Of a DNA stretch of 64,000 bases, positions 9,423 through 24,400 are shown piece after piece (the first letter of the stretch is position 1; each line of letters opens with the position of its first letter). Source of the DNA: an uncultured Clostridia bacterium (lineage in GTDB: Bacteria; Bacillota; Clostridia; TANB77; CAG-508). A program made the translations under genes and the position numbers. The DNA lies in the NCBI GenBank assembly GCA_947623285.1, contig CANQGP010000005.1, positions 68,757 to 132,756 of the forward strand, given 5' to 3'. Under the pieces are notes generated by a model. That model was not told the origin of the DNA. It saw nothing but the letters and a program-made list of their open reading frames with translations, and searched no databases.

Positions 9423-12400
9423 TTATTCAGCATTATTATCTGTATCAGTCGTTTGTGTAAATGGATCTATTGTAAAGTCATTTGTATCACTTCTTATTTG
9501 TCTGAAATATTTTCTCTTAACTTCTGTACTTCTAGTAGCTTTTTTGTCTCCTGCATCTGCATCTTGTTTCAATGCTGCTAAATACTCATCGTAGAATTCT
9601 TTTCCGTCTACATAAAGACCTTTTTCGTTTACGTATTTTTTAAGTCTATCATATCTATTTTTCTTATATTTTTGGTATGTCATTTCTTCATCACCTGTTA
9701 TATATCTTAGTGCTGTTAAGTCTGTAGTTGTTGTATTTCTGTTACCATTTTCTTTTTCTGAGATATAGTAAGCAGAGTAGTAAGCAACCATACCATCTAT
9801 ATATCCTCGTTCTCCTGCCATTTGCCAAGCTAAGTATTTAAAGTTTGCAGCATCTGGACGTCCATTATCCGCATGTGGCTGATACCAATGAAGATTGAAT
9901 ATTGAATCTGTATCAGCACCATTCATTTGCTCTCTATAAGTACTACATCCTGGTTTAAGCATTATTTGGTTAGTCCATAAGTCATCAACACTTTCTAGGT
10001 TCATTGTGCTAAAATCATTTTCTGTTAATGGTGTATAACCAACTACTACATCGCCTGCTCCTTGTTCTTTTTCCTTTGGATAAGATACTTTAACTGATGG
10101 TAGACTTGCTTTTTGTTGATTGCTTAATGATAAGAATGCAGTTCCCGCAATGTAGTCCAAAAAGTCATTTACATCAAAATAATTTTTATAGAAATTCTTT
10201 ATCTTGTCGTCGGTGTCTACTGTTGAACGGTGTAAGTTTTGTGATACATTTTCTTTTATTAATGGTTCTTCATCAAGAACATTTGGGCTAACCCATCCAT
10301 CTCTATAATATTGTTGAATGAATCCTGCCGCATAGTCTTCTCCATCGCCTCTACGTCCATAACCTTTCATGAATATCTTACTATCTTGGTTATGCAATGT
10401 TTCATGTGAAGAAACTCTAAATTCATTTAGCATTGTTCCATTTGCCCACATTACTACATCACCTGTTGCATAAGCTAATCCAGCTGTTCCCGGCCATCTA
10501 TCAACTGCTTCTGCAAAATATTTATGGTATCTATCTTCTGTTGAATATTTATTGTTATAAACTGTTTCTGTTCCTCTGCCTGTATATGTTTTTCTGTAAT
10601 CATACGTACAGTCGCAATAACTATTCATATTACCTATTCCCCAAATATTATAAGCAAATTCATAGAAATATTTAACTTGGTCTGCAAATTTTTCTATTCT
10701 GGCATGTAAGTTTGCCTGTGCTTCTGGAGTTGTTGGGTCTGGCCAATAGCAATATAGTGAACCGAAAAATACTTGTGTTGGTGCACTTATTAAGAACATT
10801 GAATTCTCAGGAACTGTTAAAGCTACTAATATACTATTTTGTACTTTACCATCTATCTTAGCATGGTCTACCATTGAATAGTATACATCTTTACAATCTA
10901 TAGTAACAGTTTTATAAATTCCTCCATGGAACTCATCTTTAAACCAATCATCATTGTCAGTATAGCTTGTAAATCCTTTTATTAGATAGTCTAAGAAGTA
11001 TCCCAAGTTGTCAAGTTTTGTATAAGTCCTTATGTAGTTATTATAGAAGTTTCCTGTTGCATTTGTATTAACATTTGAATCTGATAATAGAAGTTTATCA
11101 GTTAAGTTTTCTAATGTCATTCTTGGGCTAAACAATTCTTTTCCATGGAACATAACTATATCTGATAAGTCCATTCCTTCCATATTGTGACCATACCAAT
11201 AAGTAAAGTAATTGTATGCATATAATAGACGTTTTAATTTTTGTATATTTGCACCTGTAAGTTCTTGTCTTATTTTTGCATCCATTAAATCACTTTCAGT
11301 GTTTGGTGTATATCCCATGTTGATTAATGTTTTTACTACAAAATCTTCAATATTATGCTGAGTTTCTTTTTCAAAGTGCTCTCTGTATAGTCTGCTTTCA
11401 TCAGTTACTGTAAGTGCATTTATATCTGCATATTTGATTTGTGATACTGCTTCTTCGATTTCTTTTATTATATCTGCATTTAAATCTATTACATAATTAT
11501 TATAGTTATAACCAATCTTAAACTCTGATATCATATATGATGCTACATTTCCATAATAATCATCAAAGTCTACATGGTATCTCGCTTTTGTACCATCTTC
11601 AAACATAACTCTAATTGAATCTATGCTGTTGTAATCTTCTGTAGTTAAGTATGAAACCATTTTACCCTCTTTGTTAAATGCAAGAATGTTCTTTATTAAT
11701 TTTTTGCTTAGGTCATTATCATCTGGTATTTTGTTTCCATCATATATTAATTCTTTTGCATCATAGAAAGGCATTAACTTATACATATTGTGGTATGTAA
11801 TTTCTTTATCCTCTTTGTATTCCTTTAGCTTAGATACTCTATTGAAGTCTGGTATATAAACTTCTGGATTTTTTGGTTTACTTCCTTCATCTGTATATGA
11901 AATGCTTTCATTTTTCAATGTAGGTAATTTATCAGCTGAAGTATCTTCTGGTATATTCCAAATATCTTCTGAAAATCCTAATGTGCTAATAAAGAATTCT
12001 CTATTTACATTTTCCTTTTTGATAGTTCTTACTCCACCAACTCCATCTTCATTTTTCTTTGCTGTAGATTCTTCTAATTGGTAGTTGTTCTCAGAGTCAC
12101 TTCCTGGTGCTTTATTATTAGGGTAATATATTGTTCTAGCATTTCCAGCTTTTAGTAAAGATATGTTATTCTTTAATACTGCTCCATTTGGATCATATAT
12201 AACACAACCATTTTTACCTGTGTCTTCTGGCCAACTAGGTGTGAATGCCAAATCAATTATATTATTAGATATTTCAGATTTACTATCAGATTTTCCTATG
12301 AAGCCACCATTTATGTGCCATCCACCGTTTATTGCTCCAGTTATGTAACAGTTTTTAACTTTCGATGATAAAACTTCAAATATAAATCCTGAATCACTCT

Positions 12401-15400
12401 GACCATATCCACCTATACTTCCTATTATATCTGAAACACTACAATTTTCAACAAGTGAATTATTAGATACTTTAGTTGCAATTACTGAACTACCATCTCC
12501 AGGATTAAATGTTGGTCTAACTATTCGAACCCCTCTAATTGTGGTACTTTCTGCTGTGTTTGTAAAAATTGTACCTTTAGATAATAGTTCTGGTTCTTCA
12601 ATTACTAAGTTTTCAATTGTTGCTCCTTTTAATGTGCTAAATAATGATTTCTTCAAATTGTATATTCTATGTCCATTACCTTTTAAAGTTCCTTTAAATT
12701 CAGAATTTACAATTGTTTTTATATTGCTATCATTATTATCGCTATAATTACTTAAGTCATAGTCATGAGTTAATTGAATTTCTTCACCTTGTTGTGCTGC
12801 TTTCATTTTTTCTACTAACATTTTAAATGATTCTGAATATTGATATTCTTTTTCTTTATGCTCTCCTGGAACTTCATCTAATGTAACTTCTAATGGTTTT
12901 AACTCTGTACCTCCATTAAATGCCATAGCATCTGTGTATTGTAGTAATAATATTAGGTGAGAGCCATCTTCAGATGCTTGACAGCTTAGTACGTTACTAT
13001 AGAATTGAGTCATATCTTTCATTATTACTTTAACCATACAGTTTTCAGGGTTTGATAAAGCTTCTTGCGTGATAGTATCTATTTTTTGTGCTACATTTCC
13101 TATTCCATGGGTATATAATTCTATATCCATTATATCTTTCATTTCAATGTACCTTGAATTAACTGTAATAATTTCATAATGTATTCTTTCATTAGCCTTT
13201 GTGTTATCAACAGTTTTTTCTTTGTCTCTATGATATATAGAGTTGATTTCTACAAAGTATTTTCCTGCATCTGTTCTGTCAAATTCAATTGAATTATCTC
13301 CAATTTTTAATCCATCGAAATTATTTGGTGTAATCTCTTCACTATTTTCATCTAGAATTTTCATTGTCAAGCTATCGTTTGCTTGGTCATCATCTTTGAT
13401 TTTCACTCTTAAGTTAACCTTGTTATTATGGTCATCAATTGTATATGTAAAGTCTTCTACTGTTACAGGGTCTTTTAATACTTCGTATTCTTTAAATTTA
13501 CCTGTTTCATCTGTTAACTCAACTTCATTTCCACTATTTAATAAGACTTTATTAAATGTGAATGTGTGTAATCCTGCAGTATCTTCTGCTTTTAATTTAA
13601 CTGTGTATATATCTTCTGCTTTTTCAGCGGTGTAGTCTGTACCATTTATATTAACCTTTTCAGGATAAATATCTGACCACCTTGTTGAACATTTATATGT
13701 TAGTTTTAAATCTTCACCTTTTTCAAAGTAATTAGTTTCTTCACCTTTTGAATTGTAAAGCTTCATATCGTCAAATTTTATATCATATTTTCCTGTGTAT
13801 ATAAATTGCTTTTTAAATATTGTTTCATCTGTATAATTGTTGTCGTCACCTTGAACTTCTAATTTATCTGAATCTAAGTCATATTTACCTTTTATTTCAA
13901 AATCTAATATTTCATCTGCGTGTTCAATGTCAGCCTCAATTTCATTATCTTCATCTAATCTTACAGAAAACTTCTTTCCATCTACTAATGCATAAATATC
14001 ATCATCGGTTGATATAACATTATCTGGGTCATCAAGTCGGAATTTAAATTTAACTTTATTTTGACCTAATTCATTTTCAGTCGTGAAGTTTGTAACTTGT
14101 GGTTTATCTTTTAGTACATCTATTTTGTCAGTTCTTTCAAAATCCACTTCTTTTCCATTTGAGTAGATAACTTTTGATACTACAATATCTTCAACTCCGT
14201 CATTGTCTTGTGCTGTGTAGTATATTCTATATTTATCATTTCCATATTTTTGTTGATTTTCATCTAAGTCTTCACTATCCAATGTTTCTACATCATATTC
14301 TTTATTATTTATTACCATTTTTGAAATGCTAACTGCACTATCTATGTTTGAATGGTCTTCTGCATCTATTCTTACAACTTCTGTACTACTTATGTTGTAT
14401 ATAATTCCAAATGTCTCTCCTTTTGTTGGATATTTATTATATGTCGCTCCTAAAATAGATGTTGTTATACTTGATTGGTGAGTTTGATCATATCCAGTCC
14501 AGTCAATAGTGTAATCAGACCATCCTGGCATTCCGTATACTTTAGCAGTCACTATTAAGCGATACGTCGATGTAGGTGGATCAGGTATATCAAATGTAAC
14601 ATTTTTCTGCTCAGGGCTTATTTCCTGTCTTCCAATCTCTGCATTGCTTGAATCTTGTAAAATAAATGTAAGATTTGATGCTAACTCCTTAGCAGGATCT
14701 ACTATATTATAAGTAAACGTTACTGTTCCTTCCTGAGTATCCTCTGAGAAGCCTACTAGGTTGAATGTTGGATCAACTGGTTCAAGCATAACGACAGCAA
14801 TTTCATCTACATCGTAAGCATATCCGTTTTCAAGTATTAGTGTTTCATAATGAAATTTAGTTTGACCACCTTGAGGTATATATTTTAGTCGATATTGTGT
14901 TCTTTCATCATCGTCATTTTCATCAACATGGATGCTAACAGGATATTCTTTTCCATCAATAATTACTTTTTTTACTATGTCGTCTGTTCCTGTAGAGCAA
15001 TAGAATTCTACATTAGTTTCAACTCCAAGTGGCATTGGATAATATTTAATCTTATCTTCAAAACTAAAATTATATTGTTTAACTCCAGTTAATTTAACAA
15101 CATCTTCAAATATTTGCGTTGTTTTAATATATTCTGATTCTTCACTATCTTCTTCATCAGTTGCTATTGTTTTTGCTTCGTTTTTATTTCCAATAAACAT
15201 ACTTAATAATCTTTGAAGTATATTTTCTTCTGGAGCATCTGGTCTCAAATCATAAGTTGCTGTTGCACTTATTTTATATTTCTTTTGTTCCGTCATTCCT
15301 AAAGCATCTAATTTCATTTCATATTCTGTATATCCATCTTTCTTTGTACCATCTTTCACATCTCCTGAACCAATATCATTTTCACCACTTTCATCTTTTA

Positions 15401-18400
15401 CAACTAAGTGAGGATATTGTGTTTTTGATAATGCTCCATCTGCATCATTTATTCTAAACGTTGCTTTTCCATGTTCTTCATCTATTGCAAAACGTACCAA
15501 TGTTGGTGCATCTCTTAATACTTTTATAGGAACTTGTTCAACACCGTCGTTGTACTGTAATCTCGTTTTTCCATCACTTCCATTAATCAAATTGCTACCT
15601 ATTTGTACTGCTGTTACTTTTTGTGGATACACTCCTGCCCCATTTGGAGCTGTTAATTTAACTTTGTAAGTATCTGGAATTACCTTTTTATCTTTGTCCA
15701 GTGCTTTTTCAACACTATAGCCATTATTATCTATGTAAATTTTCTTAACTTCACCATCAATATTTGTATAAATATTATATGTTAATTCAACCTCTTCAGC
15801 TTTTTCTACATATTCCTTATCTATGGTATTACTGTTGATTATAACTTCTGGTGTTGCATTTGTGCTCTTTTCAAATAATTTTTCTTCTTCTAATGTTCCA
15901 TTTCCTATATCCCATACTGCTACTAACTCAATAGAATATATGTTAAATTTTAATTTCTTTATTGATAAAGTATTTGAATTTTCTTCTCCTATGTCAAAGT
16001 CTGTTACTTCAACTGTTTGAGCAATTGTTCCAGCACTTCTTCTCATATTTATTTTTAAGCTTTTTACAGCTTTATCTGGGTCTGTTAATGTGTAATCAAT
16101 TTTTGCATTGTCATATTCCTCGTAAATATCAGATGTAGGTGTTGCAGTTGGAGTTATATTTTTATATACATATGTCAATGGACGTTCAATTGGAAATTCT
16201 TTGTCTCCAATTTTTGCTACTTGAACTTGAAGTATGTGTTGACCTTTTTCTTTAGGATCTAATTCTAAACTATATACTCCTGTTTTTAAATCTTTCGTAA
16301 CTGTATAAGTTTCTCCATCTATTACAATACCATCAACATCTTGTTCTGACATTTCGGAATTTTCAAATGTTATTTTTACTTTTCCACCTTCTGGAACTCT
16401 TTCAGTTATTTTAAGATTTCTAACTTTAAATCTAGCTCCTTGTTTTATCGTTATATCATCAGTTTTAAATACTTCATCCTTATAATTTTCACTGTCATCA
16501 CTTAAGTTATGCTTGTTTTCAATCTTTAACGTATATGTGATTCCCGGCTCTAACTTACTAAATGTATAGTTATTAGGACCGACATGTATGTTATGTGATT
16601 CTATTAATTTATTATCGTCTTTTCTGGTTAATGTTATTTTACTGTTGCTGTCTAATGTATTATCCGAATCAGTTATATTGAATGAAACAGTTAGATTATC
16701 TCCATTATTTACTGCACTATATTCTCCTATTGTTGGTGCATCTTTTAGAACTGTTATACCTAAAGGTTCATTAGGTTCTATTGTAATATTATTTTTTGAA
16801 ATAGTCTTATTTCCTGTTAAGATGACATCTCCTATCTCAAATTTCTGTTGTCCAGCTTTCTTTCCTACTACTAAATCTATATAATATTCATTTTCTATAC
16901 CTTCCACTTGGTGGATTTCATGAGGTACTGCTGAAGTGCTATCAGCACTATCATCACTAATATCTTTTATATATAATTTTTCTGGTTTAAGTTGTGTTTT
17001 GTTTGTACTGTTGAATTTTAATCTTATCTGTTGAGTTTTGTTCGCATATCTTAATGGTGCATCAGTTTCTTTATCAACAATTTTTAAGTTGTTCAATTCT
17101 AACCCTAAATCTGATGTTAACATGAATTGGTGAACTGCTGTTTTTGATGATGTGTTTCTATCTTCAGTCTCTGTTATCTGGTCAGTATCCAAATCATAGT
17201 CAATTTGTACATTTAGGTTATGCATTATATCCTTTTGGTCTACTTTAACTGAGAAACTATGTGTACTAGTACCTTTTGCTTCAAGATTTTGTACATGTTC
17301 AAGTGTTTCAGCTTTTCCACCAGTCATCGCTTTGTCATCATCTGTTACATGTATATTAAACATAACTACGTCTTGCTCTAAATAGTCTACTGAATTTATT
17401 TCAAAGGTAGGTTCATCTTTTAATACATCTATTGTAGTTACATAAGAAGGCTCTAATGTTACATCTAAATTATCCTCATAACAAATTTTGTCTACTTCTA
17501 TACTTTGTATTCCAGCTGTTTCATTTACTTTATATCCCATGATTTTATACTTGCCTGGTTCTTCAGTTGCCTCTAACTTATATTCTTGGTCATTATCCAT
17601 AAGTAGTTTTATTGGAGCTTTGTTTATATTTGATGGTATAGTATATGTAATGTCTATTGTGGTTCCTTTATTAGGATAAATATTTGATGGAATACCTTCT
17701 ATAATCTTAGAATCTGGTGTTATTTCAATTTCTTCAGTTGTTTTTGCAAGCTCTTCATCTGTATGGGTCTCCCCATCTGCTAAGTCAAATTCTCCTTTAA
17801 TTACTATATTATATTTTCCTGGTTCTGTAATATCAAATGTATGGTCTCTTTCATTTAAGTAATTATTAACTATGTAGTCAGTAGCTACAGTACCGTCTTT
17901 TCTTTGTAACTCTATTTTTAAATTTTTCAATGTACTATCTTCATCAGTAACATTATATGTTACTTTTATATGTTGATTGTCCGTTACTTCTATTTGAACA
18001 TCATTTACTTCAGGTTTTGTTCTAAATATTGTAGTTTCAATAGGTTCATCAAGATCTGGTTTTATCTCATTATCCATTGTTACACCAATTAACTTAATAG
18101 ATGTTCTTTTCTTCTCGTTCATAATGTCTTGGGCTATTGGATAATAGAATGTATAACTATCTGTTGCTTCATCGTATGTTGCACTAGTTTCCACTTCCAT
18201 ATTTTCTATTTTTACAGTTGATATTTTATGGTTTATAGCAGATGTTGTTGCCTTAAATTGAAGTTTAGCATTACTTAAAGTTTTATCAATATTTAAAACA
18301 GTCAAGTCAGAAACTTTTACATCATAATCTGTAATTATTTCAACATCATTTGCTGTTCCCATAATGGTTTGTGTATAATGATCACTATTTTCAACTTGTT

Positions 18401-21400
18401 CACTGTCTAAGTCTTGGTCTATTTTTAATTCAACCTTATATTTTTTGTTTTCATCTAATTTAAGTTCATATCTTTGCGCTTCTAATTCTTTGTTTACATC
18501 CATTGTAACAATGTGTTCAGTACCATCTTCTGTATTTTCTGTTGCTTGTATTACACCTTTTACAAAACTTCCATCTGGGTCATTTAAGTCAAATGTTGTA
18601 ACTGCTTTACCTGATGTTGTATCTACCTTAAAGTTTTCTACTGTTAATTGGTCTTTTAAAACATCTACTGTTCCTTTTATACCTTTTTCATTTATAACCT
18701 CTAAATTGTTTAATGTTACATTTTCGATTTTAATTTCTTGTAGTCCTGCTGTTCCATATCCGCTTAGAGCTTCTTTTGTTGTATAAGTCTTTTTATCTGC
18801 AGATCTTTCTAGTTCATAATTTTGACCATTTATGGTTGCATATTCTGGATAATATGAATTTTCTTTTCCTCCTTCAATTGAACCTGTGTATGTTTTTGCA
18901 TTAAATGATACTTTAAATTCTTCATTTTTGCCTAAATATCTTGATGGTTCATTTGTATTAGTAGATATCGATTGTATATTAGTTATTTCTAATGATGAAG
19001 GTTCCAATAATGCTGCTCCAATCCTTATTAAAAGATCGTTTTCTTTCTCATTCTCATCCTTGTCACCTAATTCACTGTTCAAAGCGTCTGTATCTAGGTC
19101 ATAAGATGCATATATTTCTACCATACGTACTCTGCCATCAGTTTCTATATTCTTAAATGTAACTTCTTGTTGTGTGCCAATTTCTGTTATTGGAACTTCT
19201 TTTCTGCCCTGGTCATCTTGATAATCTGCATAGCGTATATATGCTTTAATCTGATTTTTAGTGTCTTTCAAAATTGTATTTTCATCATCCATTAATTTGA
19301 ACTTGAAGGTTATTGATCGGTCATCATAATTATCATCTATTTCGAAATTTCCTTTAGTAAATGGAACATATGGTTTAGATTTCAATACTTCTATTTTGGT
19401 TGAGATTTTTTCAATAGTAATCTCATCATCTTCATACTTAACTTTGTTTACTTCTAATTCTTTAACACCTGCCTCTTTTGGTGAAACATATGTTATTTGG
19501 TACTTGTCATCTCCTATAGAATCTGCCGGATATTCTTGTTCTCCTATAAATATACCTGTAATTGGCATTTCAGTATTGTCTGTTGCTTTAAATGTTATAG
19601 TTACTGGTTTTCCTTTTTCAGGATAATGTGTATCAATACTATCAAATGCTAAAGAGGCAGTTATTTTTAATTGGAAGTTTTGTTTAAATATTTGTGATAA
19701 ATCATAAAGGTTTTGTTTATCCTGCTCACTTCCACCTCTGTTATATGTTCCTGATAATTTTAATTCATATACTGTTTCTTCATTAAATTCTGAACCAGAT
19801 AAGTCAATAGTATTTGTGCCCCATTCTAATTTTTGTTCTTTTTTACTTTCATTGCCACTATATATCGAAACAGTTCCATTCAAGTCATCATTTTCCTTAT
19901 CATTTCCATTGTTTCCGTCGTTTAATTCAAATGTAATCTGTTTTTTATTTGTATCTAAGTTATAATCTTTTACTTCTGGTTTATTCTTTAATACATAAAT
20001 GCTTGCTACACTATTGTTTGCTTGATTTTCATCCAATGTAACAGTAGTATTTCCAAACTTTATAGCTTTAACTTTATATGTTTTTTCACCTTTTTCTTGA
20101 GGAGCTGTTAGTGTTGCTTTATATGTATTTCCTGCTTCTTCTACTAGAGTACATTCTTCATCTTCGCCCTCTATACTTATTGCTGTTGGTTTTTCAATTG
20201 TATTTGCTGTTATTTCATATTTAAGTGTTACCTTTTCTCCTTTTTCTTTGAATTTGTTTTCGTCTTCATTTACATATTTTATTTGTGCTTTTAATCCAAT
20301 GTTGCAATTTTTTATCTCTCCTATCGGTTCTTGTATATGATTTTCTCCGTCAACACAATCAAAGTCTGCAACAAATTGGACATCATAATTTCCAACATTT
20401 TTTATATCTGGGAAAATTACTTCTTTTTGAGCTTTGTTTTCAATATTCACTATTGTACTTTCTTCAGTTCCTTGTTTATTTGCTATTGCTTTTATATTTT
20501 TTGCAATATCTGCTTCATCAGTTAGTGTATATGTTACATATAAACCATCATTTTTTGCTTCATATGAAATGTCTGTTACTTCTGGCTTTTGCTTATATAT
20601 CTCAAATGAATTGTCTTCTTTTAATGCAATTGTAATATCTTTACTATAATCTAAAGTTATAGAAGTTATTGTTATTTGTTGATTTTCTCTTTCTTTAAGT
20701 TTTATAACAGCAGTATATGTATTTTCTGGCTCGTTAAGTTTTGTTACTGTTATTTCTTTGCTATCATCTTCTATTTGGTTACCTTCTACTGTTATTTTTC
20801 TAACATCTAAGTTTAGAGAGTTTGTGCTTGTGAATGTAATTGTTACGTCTTTGTTTTCAACTTTAACATCTTGTATCTCAATAGATGCATCACGTTCTGC
20901 TATTATATTTATTGTTTTTTTACTTAAGATTTCTGATAATTGATGTATATTTTGAGTAACATCCCCTATATCATCTCTATCATAAGTTCCTTCTAGTGTT
21001 ACTTCATATATTCCTGTTGCTAAGTCTCTTAAATCGATTGTTGTCTCTGCTGTATCTAGTTCTTCTTGTATTGTAGTGTTAAGTGTTGCTTCTTTTTTGG
21101 TATCTTCTTCTCCTTGTTTTTTAATTATTACTTTTGCTCCATTTATGATTGCACCATCCGGATTTTTTAATCCAATTGTTAATGACGGTTCTTCTGCATA
21201 TTCATCAAAGTCGAATTTTTCTATTGATGGTGTATCTTTTAATACATAATATTTAACATCTTCTGTAGAATTCTCAATCATACCTGTATGACCTTCATAC
21301 ATAACTGATGTTACATTAATTGATTGTTCTCCACAAGTTGCTCCTGCTGGAACTTCTGCAATGTAAGAACCATCATCTTGTTTTTCTAATGTGCAGTAAA

Positions 21401-24400
21401 CACTTCCTACTGTTATTCCTGATGGAGTACTACCATTGTTTGAACTAAACTCATATTTTACTTTAACTTTTGAATTTTTCTCAACATAGTAATCTGATAC
21501 AAGTTCAGCACTAGTTAAAGTTACTTTTGTATTAACTATTACTTTATCTGAACCTATTTCTTCATTCGTATGAGTTTCTCCGTCATATCTTTCATAATTT
21601 GCTAATATTTGTACTGTATATTCTCCTGCTTTAAATACATCAGCATTTGGAGATGCAAACTCAACTTCCTTTGTAGTTTTGTCTATCGTTTTTGTAGATA
21701 AAGCTTCTCCTGAAGGGTTAAGTAGTTTTGCTGTTAATCCTTCTGGAGTTGTAATCGTTTCATCATTATCTTTTATATTTATTGTAGCTTTTATTTGTTT
21801 TTGTTCTTGATCTGTAATCTCGGCACTTACTTCCGCTATTGGTACGGTTTTAAACACTATAACTTGCTCTTTCAAATCATTAAACTCTTTTAAGTTGTTT
21901 AATTTAGCTTGTTCTAATTTCAATTCTGTTCTTTCTTCATTGTCGTATGGAACTGTTACAATGTATTTAGTCATGTTACCATTTTTCTCGTTAGTTTTTT
22001 CAGCACTGTATATTGCTCCATTTATTGTAACTTCTTTTACATAGTAATCTTCATGTTCGTCATTATCTTCTGATGCATTTGAACTATAGAAACTTAGAGT
22101 AATTTTCTTCGCAGTTCTATCTATGCTTTCAACTTGTAGGTTACTCAATTGAAAATTATAATCTTCTATTAATTCAAAATTTTCTCCTGTTATTTTATTT
22201 ATTCCTTGATTCGCTGCATCATCTTTGTCTTCATCTAAATCGTATTTTAACTCAAATGTTAGATTATATTTTGTAAATGATTTTATATTTTTTAGTATAT
22301 GTGCATATGGATTTTCTCCTTTTTCTATTTCTATCTCCTGTGTTGAATTGTCTTTAGTGTTAGTTATTATAATCTTACCACCTATGAATGTATCTTCTTG
22401 GTCTTTTATATCATAGCTTAGAACTGCATTTTCTTCTGAATCATCTACTTTTATGTTTGATACTGTAGGCTTTTCAGATTTTATTACTTCTATATTTAAA
22501 GTATAACTAGCTTCAATTGATTCTCCATCTTCAAAGTTTATATTTGTAACATTCATTTCACGTTTTCCATGATTTTGTGGTGCTATGATTGTTACAGTAT
22601 ATTTTCCGTCTTCTGTTTTAGTTACTTCGCAAGTTTCTCCATCTATTACTAATGCCTTTATTGGTGATTTTGAATTTGTAGATATTGTAAATGTTGCTTC
22701 AAAACCTGAATTTTTATTTACATATCGTGGTGCATCTACTGCCGTAATTGTTGCACTTACTGGCACTTTTACCGTATCACTTGTTACTACTACATTATTT
22801 TGAAGTCCATTTCCATCTTCTGCATCAAAATCTGCTAAAAGTTTTACTGTATAATCACCTGATATATTGCTATCTATGTCGAATGCTACATCATGTGTAG
22901 TAGTTTCTATTTTTTGCGTTTGCAATTCATTTCCTTGACTATCACATAAAACTAATCTTAGATTCTTCGTTATCTCGTCTTTGTCTGTTATATCCAAAGT
23001 TACAGATATTTTATTTGATTCAAATTTTGGAATTATTGCTGCTATAACTTTTTTGAATATCACTACCTTTTTGTCTTCTAATTGAATTTTATGCAAACTA
23101 TTTATAATTACTTCTTCAAGTTTTAATTCTTGTCTTTCTTCACTTTCATCATATGGAATTTCCATTGTATAAGTATCGCCATCTCTTTGTAAATCACTAT
23201 CTTCATACATTGTTCCATTTATTCTTACGGCATTTATGTAATATTCATTACTATCTTCTACTGTTAAATTTGCTGTAAATTGTAGTTTTACTTTATGATT
23301 TGCTTTGTCAAAACTTACTACTTTATAATTTTTTAAATCAAGGTCATAGCTTGACAATAACCTAAATTGTTTATTAACTTCTATGCTATTTTGATGTTCT
23401 GAATCATTTTTCTTGGAATCTAAATCATAAGTAAGACTTATTTCTATATCGTATTGTTGAGATTTCTCGATTCCATTCAATTCAAAACTTAAGTTATTTA
23501 AGTCTTCAAAATCTATTTCTTGATTTGTTTGTTGAACCTTTATTTTTCCACTTACAAATGTACTTTCTGGATCATTCACACTAAATGTGAGAATTGTTTT
23601 ATCTTCATTATTTTTGCCAACTCCTACATCATTTATTTGAGGTATAACATTTCTTAATACATCTACTGTAACAGATGTTTCAGCTACACTTACTGTTTCT
23701 TCTCCATCATAGATTAAACCAGTTAGTTTATACTCTTTATAGCCATAGCTATCTGGTGCTATTAGTGTTGCTTGATATTCGTTTCCTTTTATATGCGTTA
23801 CGTCTACCTCTTCTCCATCTATTACTACTTTCTTCAATTCTTTTGTAGTATTTGCTGTTATTTCATAATTAATTTTTACTTCTGATTTTTTCTCTGCATA
23901 TTCTTTTTCAGCATTTCCTGTTGCACTTGCTTGTATTTCAACTATAGTTTCTGTTGAAGCTATAACTCTACCTATTGTTTCTTCTCCATCTGCTGCGTCA
24001 AAATCCGCAAGAATTTCTACTTTGTATGTTCCTGCTACATAAGCTTCATCATTTTCAAGTGTAAATATCGCTTCACTATTTTCTAGAGGTTTTGTTCCTA
24101 CTATTGTACCATTTTCGTCTGTTAATCTAACTTGTATATTTTCAGCTTTTATTTCTCCATCTTTTACAACAGCTTTAACTTTAATTTGTTTATTGTCATT
24201 TTCTACTCCTGCCGATACTTCTGCAGTTGGTTTATCTTTGAATACTACAATTTTATTTATGTTGTTAAAATCTCTACCAGCTTCAAATCCTTGTAAATTA
24301 TCTAATATAACCTTTTGTAATTCTAATTCTTGTCTTGTAGAATCTTCATATGAAATTTCTACAGTATAGCTATTGTCTCCATTTGCGGTTACTTCATAAT

